Virus record (IMG/VR): IMGVR_UViG_3300029908_000004 | Span: 1 to 64,000 of that record | Length of the DNA: 64,000 nt | Direction: 5' to 3' (one strand) | In this document: positions 44,043 through 52,284 of the stretch, in pieces | Numbering within the stretch: the stretch's first letter is position 1 | Layout: every line of letters begins with the position of its first letter | Translations under genes and position numbers: made by a program | The notes under the pieces: model-generated | The model's input: only the letters and a program-made list of their open reading frames with translations | Told to the model about the DNA's origin: nothing | Databases searched by the model: none

Positions 44043-44178
44043 TGTGCCACCGCCTCTGAAAATGTAAGAATCGAAATTAGTGAATCTGGAAAAATAAGTG
44101 CTATACCACTAAATCTGAAGATTAAAGAAGAGCTTTTTTGTCTCGCGTGTTGACTTTAGGACAACCTCTCTAGTTAGC

Positions 44179-44514
44179 TTACTTAGGCAACTTACCCTTG
44201 CTTCTAAGCTTTTCTTCAGATTCATCAAATTCGTGTTTTAGCTGTTGCCCCTGAACTGCCACTTTTACGCATAATTCCAAATATTCATCAAAATCTGACC
44301 AGTAGTCATAAGACATGGGTTCGGATTTACGACCAGAGGTGTAAGTTACAACTATATTAGGGGAACCATACACCCCGTTTTTCTTTATTTCTGTTATAAC
44401 ACCATTTTTTGTAGGATAACACGTCTTGTAAACACGTTTACCAATTTTCAACTGGTCATTTTTTATGTGAGCTCTGCTTTTCAGAATTACTTGTGATGGA
44501 AGAAGTTTTGCCAT
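44179..44514 (-). CDS. Hypothetical protein
   Basis: 111-aa ORF. Confidence 0.6.
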   Translation of the reverse strand: MAKLLPSQVILKSRAHIKNDQLKIGKRVYKTCYPTKNGVITEIKKNGVYGSPNIVVTYTSGRKSEPMSYDYWSDFDEYLELCVKVAVQGQQLKHEFDESEEKLRSKGKLPK

Positions 44515-44559
44515 AAACTAGAAACCTTTTGTCTATACTATATAATAGTGAGGTGATCA

Positions 44560-44781
44560 ATGAACGATAATTTGATTAAAATCTGCCGTAAATGTAAAAT
44601 CCCTAAAGATCGTGACGAATTCCCGTGGAAGAACAAATCCAAAGGAATTCGCCATAATACTTGTAAGCATTGTACACGGGACTATAGTGAAAACTATTAC
44701 AAGTCAAATCAAAATGAACTATCAGAGAAAGCTAAACTACACCAAAGGGAGAAAAGAGCTGCTAAACCAAATGTGGTTTAA
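44560..44781 (+). pseudogene. Truncated antisense homing endonuclease (N-terminal zinc finger only; HEG5)
   Basis: KICRKCKIPK...EF...TCKHC; promoter TATACTATATA at 44534-44544 and SD GAGGTG; no nuclease domain. Confidence 0.65.
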
Positions 44782-46502
44782 GCTTCTAATTCCTTCTCTC
44801 GTGGTTCAGCATCATAGCTATCAATAGACAGTTTCATGTCCTCAGAGAACTTTATAGCCACTTCTACTGATCTCTTGATATCTCCTATTCTAATCTCACG
44901 ACCATTATCTGCCCGAGCTAGTGTTTGTGACAAACGGATGGCATTTTTGATTTGTCGTCCGTTTAGATTATAAACACTCATCTCTTTCGACCACTGTGCA
45001 TTCATTTTGGCCGCTTCTAGTAGGTTGTACCAGATTTTCTCTCTCTTTTCCTGTCCGTTGTTACAGAAATGAAGTGCTACAGAGATGCGGCTATAAAATG
45101 CCTTATCAATATTCTTGACACGATTGGTGGTAAGGAAAAGTACTCCGTTGTGATATTCTAGCAAACGAAGGAAAACACCAACCATAGCATTTCTTTCGAT
45201 GTCGTGCTCATCACGAGCTTCCAAGAAGATATCTGCCTCATCCAGAAGGATAACAGCATCCCAAATCGTTGCTACCTCCAAGATATTGCGTAAATGAGAT
45301 TCCAAGTGTTCTGTATCTGTTCCCAATTCTCCTACTGAGACTGAATACAGTGGCTTGTGAAGAATTTCTGCAACTGCTTCAGCAGAAGCAGTTTTACCTA
45401 ACCCCGGTTCTCCATGAAGCAGGAAGATGCAGCCTCCACCTTTACCTTCAATGATATCGGTGAATCCGCCACCATGGTATTTAACCAGAGAGTAAATCAA
45501 ATCCTTACTGTCTTGATCCAACACCAGTCGATCAAAAGCATCCTCACGGAAATTGATCTCGCTCAAGCCAGAAAGTCTTAGACGTCCCCATTCCTTAACT
45601 TGTAAGCTAAACCCCAGAAGATATGGATAACAGCGCCAATAGTCTTCTTCTTTTAACTTGGTTTCATCTTTTTGGGTAACTTCTACTTCATCGTCGTCTT
45701 CCAAATTGATACCCAACATACGTCCACATTGGCCCCAAACGTCAGGTTTTAATCTGGAGAAGGAAACTGGATCGATTACCACACGACCAGAAGCTCTCGT
45801 TATCTTGTTCCCGAGCCAACTTGGTGATATCATGTTGCCTTCGTAATGAAGGTACCTACCCGGTTTAGACATTGATAGAATCTTCTCTCCACGTTCGGAC
45901 ATGGACTTCTTCTCAGAGTCAGTGACCAACCGAATTGGTAACGAACTAATTGGTACGCTACCCGGGAATCCGTTTATTCCGAATGAATAATCATTCTCCA
46001 CGATTTTGCCGCATAACCCATGTATAACCCTTAGGGAGATCCTGAATACAGGACCCATCCATGTATAATCTATTCTTGACTTCCTGACGATACCACCAAT
46101 GGCTTCTTCCCCTTGGATAACAACTTCTTTCTCTTCTGGGAAATATCTTATCATATCGTTAAGGGTAAGAACTCCGTTATCGATTCTTGCTAAGAATAAT
46201 TTCTCTAACAATTCCCCCATCGACTGAATATATTTATAAAGGTCTTTACCCTTTTTGTCAGTTTTCAGCGATGTCCCCTCGTTTGATACATAGCCGTGAT
46301 AAAACTGACACAATACATAGATAGGGTATCTATGACGATATATAATTGCGGCTTCGTAATCCCATACTTTTGTTAGATCGCTAAACACTAAAGTCTTTAT
46401 ATATTGGTCTTTAACAGATCGGAAACAGACCACTTCTTCACCAGAAATATCAAGAATTGTGTAGAAGTCTGTTGCATTAATTAATTTCTCTGCGATTTCC
46501 AT
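44778..46502 (-). CDS. AAA+ ATPase
   Basis: LLHGEPGLGKTASAEAVAE, ILLDEADIFLE, LFLTTNRV..IDKAFYSRI; start placed at MEIAEK because the longer frame overlaps two tRNAs. Confidence 0.88.
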   Translation of the reverse strand: MEIAEKLINATDFYTILDISGEEVVCFRSVKDQYIKTLVFSDLTKVWDYEAAIIYRHRYPIYVLCQFYHGYVSNEGTSLKTDKKGKDLYKYIQSMGELLEKLFLARIDNGVLTLNDMIRYFPEEKEVVIQGEEAIGGIVRKSRIDYTWMGPVFRISLRVIHGLCGKIVENDYSFGINGFPGSVPISSLPIRLVTDSEKKSMSERGEKILSMSKPGRYLHYEGNMISPSWLGNKITRASGRVVIDPVSFSRLKPDVWGQCGRMLGINLEDDDEVEVTQKDETKLKEEDYWRCYPYLLGFSLQVKEWGRLRLSGLSEINFREDAFDRLVLDQDSKDLIYSLVKYHGGGFTDIIEGKGGGCIFLLHGEPGLGKTASAEAVAEILHKPLYSVSVGELGTDTEHLESHLRNILEVATIWDAVILLDEADIFLEARDEHDIERNAMVGVFLRLLEYHNGVLFLTTNRVKNIDKAFYSRISVALHFCNNGQEKREKIWYNLLEAAKMNAQWSKEMSVYNLNGRQIKNAIRLSQTLARADNGREIRIGDIKRSVEVAIKFSEDMKLSIDSYDAEPREKELEA

Positions 46503-46519
46503 ACGAATTGTCCTTTTCT

Positions 46520-46595
46520 TGGAGCTGGTGACCGAAGTCGAATCGATAACCTCTACTTTACGAAAGTATTGCTCTTCCAATTGAGCTACACCAGC
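46520..46595 (-). tRNA. tRNA-Thr(CGT)
   Basis: TACT-TT CGT AA-AGTA; CCA. Confidence 0.88.
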
Positions 46596-46604
46596 GTTGA
46601 TATC

Positions 46605-46689
46605 TGGAGCGAGAGACGGGATTTGAACCCGCATGTCTTTCAACGGTAGCTTGGAAGGCTACTGACCAACCGAGTAGGTCATCTCCCGC
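46605..46689 (-). tRNA. tRNA-Gly(TCC) with a long variable arm
   Basis: GTAGC-CT TCC AA-GCTAC; variable region CGTTGAAAGACAT; U73; CCA. Confidence 0.82.
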
Positions 46690-46959
46690 TTATGTATTCG
46701 CTGTTGCTTCTGTGAAATCCAGATATACGTACTTTCCGGTACAGGAGGCAGTATCTGGCCCCAACTTCTCGAAAAACTCGATAGCCGCTGGGTTGGTAAG
46801 CGTCAGCTCGACGCTTCCTGATGGTGTAGAATTGGAAAAGCTCTCGTTTTCCGGGTTAGATTCGTCGCCCTTGTAAACGGCATAAAGCTTGACTACCACA
46901 TTCCCATATTGATCCTTGAGAATGTTGCTTACGGTGAACTTTGCTCGTACTCTTTCCAT
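46690..46959 (-). CDS. Conserved hypothetical protein
   Basis: VRAKFTVS...ENESFSNSTPSGSVELTLTNPAA...YVYLDF. Confidence 0.75.
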   Translation of the reverse strand: MERVRAKFTVSNILKDQYGNVVVKLYAVYKGDESNPENESFSNSTPSGSVELTLTNPAAIEFFEKLGPDTASCTGKYVYLDFTEATANT

Positions 46960-47546
46960 TTGATTTTCCTTTTCCCGTAGTTACGGGAGTCAAGTGTGTA
47001 ATTCCCAAAAATAAGATGGTGGGACCACGAGCGCGAACACAGCTCAAGCTGTATCCCACCATCAATAAAGCTATTCAGTTGTCAAATATCTATAATAGAC
47101 TGCCTAGGCAACCTATTGGTAAGCGTTAAGATTTATCATAATTCACTAGATGATCAAGCTCGCCTAAATCTAGTTCGTCTATATCTTCGGACTCATAGCC
47201 CTGTTCTTTGGCTAAAGCTAACATTGAGTATACTTGTTCATCCGAGTATTCCCAATGTCCCTTCCCTCTTATCTTGTGGTAAATTCCAAATCCCATTTGC
47301 CTACCTAAACTAAAAGGGAGAATGATTAACATTCTCCCTCTGTGATACAGAAACTTGTATGCTTAAGCTACAAGATTTTACCAAGAGGGTTCGTAGTGTT
47401 AATATGGGTGAATGAACTACCCGAATACACGAGTCCTGTGCGCCCCGTAAAGGGTGTTTCACTGGATAATACGAATTGATATCTTGGTTTCATTTTTGCT
47501 TAACTCTGATTAGTATAGCACTTCTTAGTACAAAGTCCAGAACTAT

Positions 47547-48095
47547 TTATCCAATACTTTCGGGGTCATCATCAACATAGTTTACTGTAGCCATAGAAGC
47601 AGGCATACAAAACTCATTCACTGACATTTTGTAACCACGGTTTGAGATTGTGAATGAATCTTTCCAGTTCCATTCGTCCATTACATAATTACGGAAATCT
47701 TCTTCCGTTACTTCAATGATCGTGTCAGAAGACATTTCTAGCATTGTAATCGCTCTGTCGTAGGACCTAAGATAACAACATGGGGCTGATTCAGATATGC
47801 TTAGTGAACTTATTTGTTTTGAAATGTCAATCTTAGCATCAGGCTCTTTGACTTTTGAGACTGCCCAAGTAAGTTTCTTCTTACACAGAGTCCGGAAATC
47901 GGCTACTGCTTCACGATATTCCTTCTCGTGTTTGATCCTGTTTGATTTCAGTTTCGTAACAAGGTCGGAGACCTTCATTTTTACGGATTTCATTTGAATC
48001 TCTTCTCCTAAGGTATATGGTTTGAAAGGACGATATTGTTGGTAGTTAGTAGGCTGTATATCAGTGAATTCAGCGAATAATATTGGATTTGGCAT
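47547..48095 (-). CDS. Hypothetical protein
   Basis: SYDRAITMLEMSSD...FRNYVMDEWNWK. Confidence 0.7.
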   Translation of the reverse strand: MPNPILFAEFTDIQPTNYQQYRPFKPYTLGEEIQMKSVKMKVSDLVTKLKSNRIKHEKEYREAVADFRTLCKKKLTWAVSKVKEPDAKIDISKQISSLSISESAPCCYLRSYDRAITMLEMSSDTIIEVTEEDFRNYVMDEWNWKDSFTISNRGYKMSVNEFCMPASMATVNYVDDDPESIG

Positions 48096-48121
48096 ATGAC
48101 AGGGAGTACACCACTGTATTC

Positions 48122-48316
48122 CTAGTTATCTTTAGATCCACATTTCAAAACGTTCTGAAATATATTTATTAATAACTGTCTATTAAGTTCTTGTTGTTCA
48201 ATTATACTCTTCAAAGCTGCCCTTGAGTAGGAGTTATGGAAATACAAAGTTACTATCAAAGCTACAAACCATGCAGTTGTAGGTAGTACAAAGACCCAAA
48301 ATTCATGAGCGGTCAT
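48122..48316 (-). CDS. Small membrane protein
   Basis: N-terminal transmembrane helix. Confidence 0.55.
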   Translation of the reverse strand: MTAHEFWVFVLPTTAWFVALIVTLYFHNSYSRAALKSIIEQQELNRQLLINIFQNVLKCGSKDN

Positions 48317-48853
48317 TTATATCTTCTCTCCTTGACCCTTCTCTGCGGATTCTTCTTTAGTACCTACCAAACCAATGTGAGTTAATCTCCCCGGGGTGTC
48401 AGCTTCAGTTAGAACCTTCTTCATAACTCCCAATAGGAGAAGAGCACTTTCACGTTGACCTTCTGTTATATCCTCGTGCGTATCAACTGAACGCTTAACT
48501 AATAGTTCCTTAAGAACTATACGTTCGTCGTCACTGATAGTTAGAGTATCTAATTTCTCTAATAACTTGTCCATTTGAAGATATCGAGGGTGAGGATGAT
48601 GCAAATCAGCTGTTAATTTAGCTTGGACTGTCGCCCATAACGGTGTGACTTGAGTATTTAGAACTGTTAGTTGTTTATCGATATCTTGTTTCCATACCAA
48701 CAACGCGTCCTCAGCTTCTTTTCTGTCTTTTTTAGCTTGTACATATAACGTATACACCAAGCCAAGTGTAGCAGAAAACCCAGCTAGTAAAAAACTGAAC
48801 CACCAATTTCCTGTTGTTGCTAACTCTGTAAATACTATTGTAAAAAGTAACAT
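48317..48853 (-). CDS. Membrane-anchored coiled-coil protein
   Basis: Transmembrane helix followed by a helical region. Confidence 0.6.
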   Translation of the reverse strand: MLLFTIVFTELATTGNWWFSFLLAGFSATLGLVYTLYVQAKKDRKEAEDALLVWKQDIDKQLTVLNTQVTPLWATVQAKLTADLHHPHPRYLQMDKLLEKLDTLTISDDERIVLKELLVKRSVDTHEDITEGQRESALLLLGVMKKVLTEADTPGRLTHIGLVGTKEESAEKGQGEKI

Positions 48854-48929
48854 AACTCAATGTCCCCGTCTATCCATTAAATGCTTGGAACTCTGGGGTT
48901 CACTGGTTGTAATGGGTCTTTCTGTTCCC

Positions 48930-49260
48930 AGGTAGACCCTAACCCGGTTAATCAACTAAGAAGATTAACAATACGCTGGGGCAGAAACACTGGCTAGGCT
49001 GGAAATCATCCAGGCTGGCAGAGTGTCGATACCAACAGCGTTTACGTTAACAGTTTTGCCTGTTATTGTTGTATAGTCGTTTAACGTGAGCCTATAGCAC
49101 GACCTGTCATTATTTGCAATTCATACCAAGCGAACCCGGGAGCGGCCCCTATGGTGGACACTCGGGATTCAACCTCCGTGCCCTTATAATTGGTGGACCG
49201 CGAGGGAGTTGAACCCTCGTTAATGGTCATGCTTACAAATAAATCATACAGGTTTAACCG
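48930..49260 (-). ncRNA. ssrA: Circularly permuted two-piece tmRNA
   Basis: The acceptor piece (49260-49191: T arm GAGGG-TTCAACT-CCCTC, GCGGTCC-A-CCA) precedes the coding piece starting GGGCCGC at 49148 (G3:U70). Helix 2 TTGCAAATAA/TTATTTGTAA; pk1-like element; AATAACA-GGC resume context; tag ORF 49060-48965. Confidence 0.85.
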
Positions 49261-49746
49261 TTAGAACTTAAATACTATTCCACCGCTATAACGAAACCCA
49301 GAGACCCCTTTACCATCATGAATTGAATATATGTGGTCTAGGTCAATGGCTCTAATAGCAACATGTTTAAATAGGTTGTAATCAACTGCTCCGCCAGTGG
49401 CTATAGCAAATCCAGAATCCGAAAACTTATTAATCTCTGCACGTTCCCAGCCTAGTAATACGTGGCTGGATACGTCTATGTTTCCTACTGAGAATAACTT
49501 TACAGTAGGACCAACAGAGTATACATAAGCTCGCTTACCGTCTGAGAAATTGCCACTTAGGTCTACTGTTGCACCAAACCTAGGAGTGAAGAAGTAAGTT
49601 CCATCTGCTTGATACCCAAGCACGTTGGAAAACTGACTTACATCTGTATGGCGATATTGAATACCACCGTAGACCTCGACCTTGTCTTGGGCGAGTGCGA
49701 AAGTACTTAATAGTACCATAGCAACAGCTAACATGAAATTACGCAT
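49261..49746 (-). CDS. Outer-membrane beta-barrel protein (8-stranded, OmpX/Ail-like)
   Basis: Signal peptide, amphipathic strands, C-terminal GIVFKF. Confidence 0.75.
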   Translation of the reverse strand: MRNFMLAVAMVLLSTFALAQDKVEVYGGIQYRHTDVSQFSNVLGYQADGTYFFTPRFGATVDLSGNFSDGKRAYVYSVGPTVKLFSVGNIDVSSHVLLGWERAEINKFSDSGFAIATGGAVDYNLFKHVAIRAIDLDHIYSIHDGKGVSGFRYSGGIVFKF

Positions 49747-49863
49747 TTATATTTCTCTCCTTGGAAATCTTATGGGAATCAGGTGCAGGGCTTTAGGCTA
49801 CAATCCCATCTTGTAGTAGCTCCTAAAGTGTCTAGTGTTACCTAGAGCCTACACCCTCACTAT

Positions 49864-49938
49864 TGGCGATCCAGATCGGATTTGAACCGACACAAACTTC
49901 AGAGACAGTGAAGTGCACTGCCGTTATGCTACTGGACC
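49864..49938 (-). tRNA. tRNA-Asp(GTC)
   Basis: CTTCA-CT GTC TC-TGAAG; G73; CCA. Confidence 0.9.
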
Positions 49939-49950
49939 AAAATCTTAGGT

Positions 49951-50213
49951 GGATATAATTGGAATTGGATATTTCGGATATCTTAGTCCAGCAAACATCA
50001 CCAGCGTCAAATATCCTACACCTTTATGTGGTCAAAGGTAACCGCACTGACTTCTCAATACTAGTAGTGTCTTAACCAGACACAGGCTTATAACTATTTA
50101 ACCTCTGTGTTTGCTATTCTTTCAAATAGCTCTTCTCTATCAGAGAAGGTTTAATTGTCCCCGAGGTAACGGGTACTTGCACGGTTATAGAGATAACCAA
50201 GTTCCGGCGACCC
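49951..50213 (-). ncRNA. Long Y-RNA-family member (about 263 nt)
   Basis: GGGTCGC-N8-GGTTATC at the 5' end; GGAACTTGG pairs with the 3' CCAATTCC; ends TATATCC; several internal hairpins. Confidence 0.65.
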
Positions 50214-50223
50214 ACCAAAGGTC

Positions 50224-50394
50224 TTAATGCTTTATTGTTACTCCTGCTGTGTTTACAAAACCTAATAACACGGTTAGAGCCCAGAAGAATAACCCCCAAG
50301 CTAGCATATTAAATCTAGGATTGGGGAAATTAACACCACAAGCTGCGATCAATAAACAAACCACAGCTAAAATCATTAGAACTAAACCTACCAT
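50224..50394 (-). CDS. Small membrane protein with two transmembrane helices (56 aa)
   Basis: MVGLVLMILAVVCLLIAACGVNFPNPRFNMLAWGLFFWALTVLLG... Confidence 0.65.
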   Translation of the reverse strand: MVGLVLMILAVVCLLIAACGVNFPNPRFNMLAWGLFFWALTVLLGFVNTAGVTIKH

Positions 50395-50445
50395 TGTAAA
50401 ACCCCCATATTTACCTTCTAGAGGTTCAACGAACGTAGTTTGTTG

Positions 50446-50667
50446 TTATTGCAATCCAAGTAGTGGAAGTTTTGCTCCACCACTCTTACCTCTTGTCTTC
50501 TTGCCGGGCTTGAACTTAGCCTTGGCATATCTGACAGAGGGTGGGTATGCTTTCATTACCCTTTCACGATGAGCTTCACGTTCAGCTGCCTTACGAAGTC
50601 TCGTAGCTTCTTTCTGCTCTTCAGTCCTTGGGAGATGTACAGTTTCTCCATTCACTCGACAGCGCAT
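50446..50667 (-). CDS. Small basic protein
   Basis: 73 aa, K/R-rich; SD AAGGAG. Confidence 0.55.
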   Translation of the reverse strand: MRCRVNGETVHLPRTEEQKEATRLRKAAEREAHRERVMKAYPPSVRYAKAKFKPGKKTRGKSGGAKLPLLGLQ

Positions 50668-50709
50668 ATGTAGCTCCTTTTAATGTTTGGAACTATTTAT
50701 TCATCTCTC

Positions 50710-50784
50710 GGATATGGATTGACAAAGGTATTGCCTGCACGCAGGCTGTCATTTTAATTGTAGATAACCTTTATACTTCGACCC
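50710..50784 (-). ncRNA. Short Y-RNA-family member
   Basis: GGGTCGA-N8-GGTTATC...CCTTTGTCAATCCATATCC; ends pair. Confidence 0.8.
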
Positions 50785-50802
50785 GAGATTCTTTGTTGCT
50801 TA

Positions 50803-50904
50803 AGATGTAGATTGATAAGGGAATGCCTTTTCCCGAGATGGATCCGGGAACCACTGTAGGCAACAGCTAGCTTGCGCTTTTAGATAACCCTTGTCGTTCG
50901 ACCC
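50803..50904 (-). ncRNA. Y-RNA-family member
   Basis: GGGTCGA-N8-GGTTATC...CCCTTATCAATCTACATCT. Confidence 0.8.
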
Positions 50905-50926
50905 TAAGCGGAATTTATATTGTTAT

Positions 50927-51026
50927 GGATATGGATTGATAAGGTTATGCCTTATTTGGGTATCGAAACCCGCTGCAGGCGACAGTTAGACTTTCGTCCA
51001 TCCAGATAATCCTCGTCGGTCGACCC
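50927..51026 (-). ncRNA. Y-RNA-family member with a T-loop-like hairpin
   Basis: GGGTCGA-N8-GATTATC...GGGTTTCGATACCC...CCTTATCAATCCATATCC. Confidence 0.8.
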
Positions 51027-51044
51027 ATAACAAAGTTGTTAAAA

Positions 51045-51188
51045 CTACTTCTTTTTACCACCCTTACCACGGTTACCACCAACGGTTGTGGTGGCTGTCT
51101 TGTTCAATGACTCGAAGCCGCCCTTTTTACTTGGTTTGCCAGTGCTACCGATCTTACCCTGACCCGGATCTTTACCCTTGTGAATCAT
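51045..51188 (-). CDS. Gly/Lys-rich basic peptide (47 aa)
   Basis: MIHKGKDPGQGKIGSTGKPSKKGGFESLNKTATTTVGGNRGKGGKKK; SD upstream. Confidence 0.55.
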   Translation of the reverse strand: MIHKGKDPGQGKIGSTGKPSKKGGFESLNKTATTTVGGNRGKGGKKK

Positions 51189-51219
51189 CGTACTCTCCCT
51201 TATTTGTACTACTTAATAT

Positions 51220-51240
51220 TGGTGGACCCAGCGAGAATTG
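51220..51240 (-). pseudogene. 3' fragment of the original tRNA-Ala
   Basis: CAATTCTCGC-TGGGTCC-A-CCA (U70) pairs with the 5' fragment GGGCTCT. Confidence 0.72.
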
Positions 51241-51283
51241 CACCTTTGTAAATGTTATACTATATAGATACGAAAGGATTTGT

Positions 51284-51362
51284 TGGTGGATCGTATGAGA
51301 ATCGAACTCATCTGAAATCTTCTTTGCAAAAGAAGTGACCACCCCGTGCAGTCCCACAACCC
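51284..51362 (-). tRNA. tRNA-Ala(TGC), replacement copy
   Basis: CTTCT-TT TGC AA-AGAAG; G3:U70; CCA. Confidence 0.88.
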
Positions 51363-51368
51363 ATTTAT

Positions 51369-51899
51369 ATGCCAATTCGTAACTGTTTATATTGTAACAA
51401 ACTATTTGATGCTCCACAACGTGATATTACCAGAGGTAATGGTAAATACTGTTCCAGGAAATGCTCTGGAAACTATAAGAGCTCTCTTCCTAGTAAAGCT
51501 CCTATTATAGAGCTTACTTGTGCTTATTGTAATAGTACATTTACTAAGCCTTCCAGATACGTTAGAAAAGCCAATTCTAGAAGCGGATTGCGCTTTTGTA
51601 ACCGTAAGTGTAAAGAACTTGGACAGCGATTAGACGGTGGTAACATAAAAGCTATACAACCATCTCATTTTGGCACAGGTACCGGAGAACACCATTATAG
51701 AGCAAAAGCTCTAAACGCATTCCCAAATAAGTGTAATAGATGTGGATATGATGAATTAATAGGGATCCTTGTTGTACACCACAAGGATCGTAACCGTTCC
51801 AATTCTCATCTATCAAACTTAGAGATTCTGTGCCCAAATTGTCACGCTAAAGAACATTACATTAATCACGATGGATCGTATAGCTCAAAGAGAAAATGA
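51369..51899 (+). mobile_element. Antisense HNH homing endonuclease gene (HEG6)
   Basis: CNRCG...VHHKDRNRSNSHLSNLEILCPNCHAKEH; CSRKC repeats; promoter motif at 51256-51266. Confidence 0.9.
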
Positions 51900-51900
51900 T

Positions 51901-51944
51901 GCTGCTTTGCAAGAGCATTGCTCTCCCGAATGAGCTAAGAGCCC
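51901..51944 (-). pseudogene. 5' fragment of the original tRNA-Ala(TGC)
   Basis: GGGCTCTTAGCTCATTCGGGAGAGCAATGCTCTTGCAAAGCAG, abutting the HEG6 stop codon. Confidence 0.8.
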
Positions 51945-52284
51945 ACGTCGTGCTTTCCTATTTAGTATACCACCAAATGTTGGAAAACACTAGAATCTTT
52001 AATCTCTTTCTCTTTCTCTTTCGCGACTCAACGCCTTCTGTTCGCGAGACCACCAGAACTTCCATGAAACACTTCTACCATCGTAGTACCAGCCAAGCGC
52101 TTTCAAACGTTCGTACGTTTCTGGTGAGGTTCCTGTCTTCTTAAGTTCTTCTGGCATTTTCTTTTCCTCATCTTGGGATTTTAGTGGAGTAGCCCGGCTA
52201 TCCGCGTCGGGCTACCCCGGTTAATTTGATGTCAAACCTAAATGGTTTTAACAAATTACGGTAGTTGTATAAACACGTGTCTGG

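Noticed and set aside
47350-47500. 6S-like or riboswitch RNA behind a TGCTATACT promoter
   Set aside because: Some pairing exists, but a 41-codon ORF also spans it and no family motif is recognisable, so the evidence is insufficient.
50710-51026. CRISPR array (also considered for 58941-59565)
   Set aside because: The repeats are short, degenerate, bipartite motifs that pair with each other across variable interiors; unit lengths are irregular and there are no cas genes.
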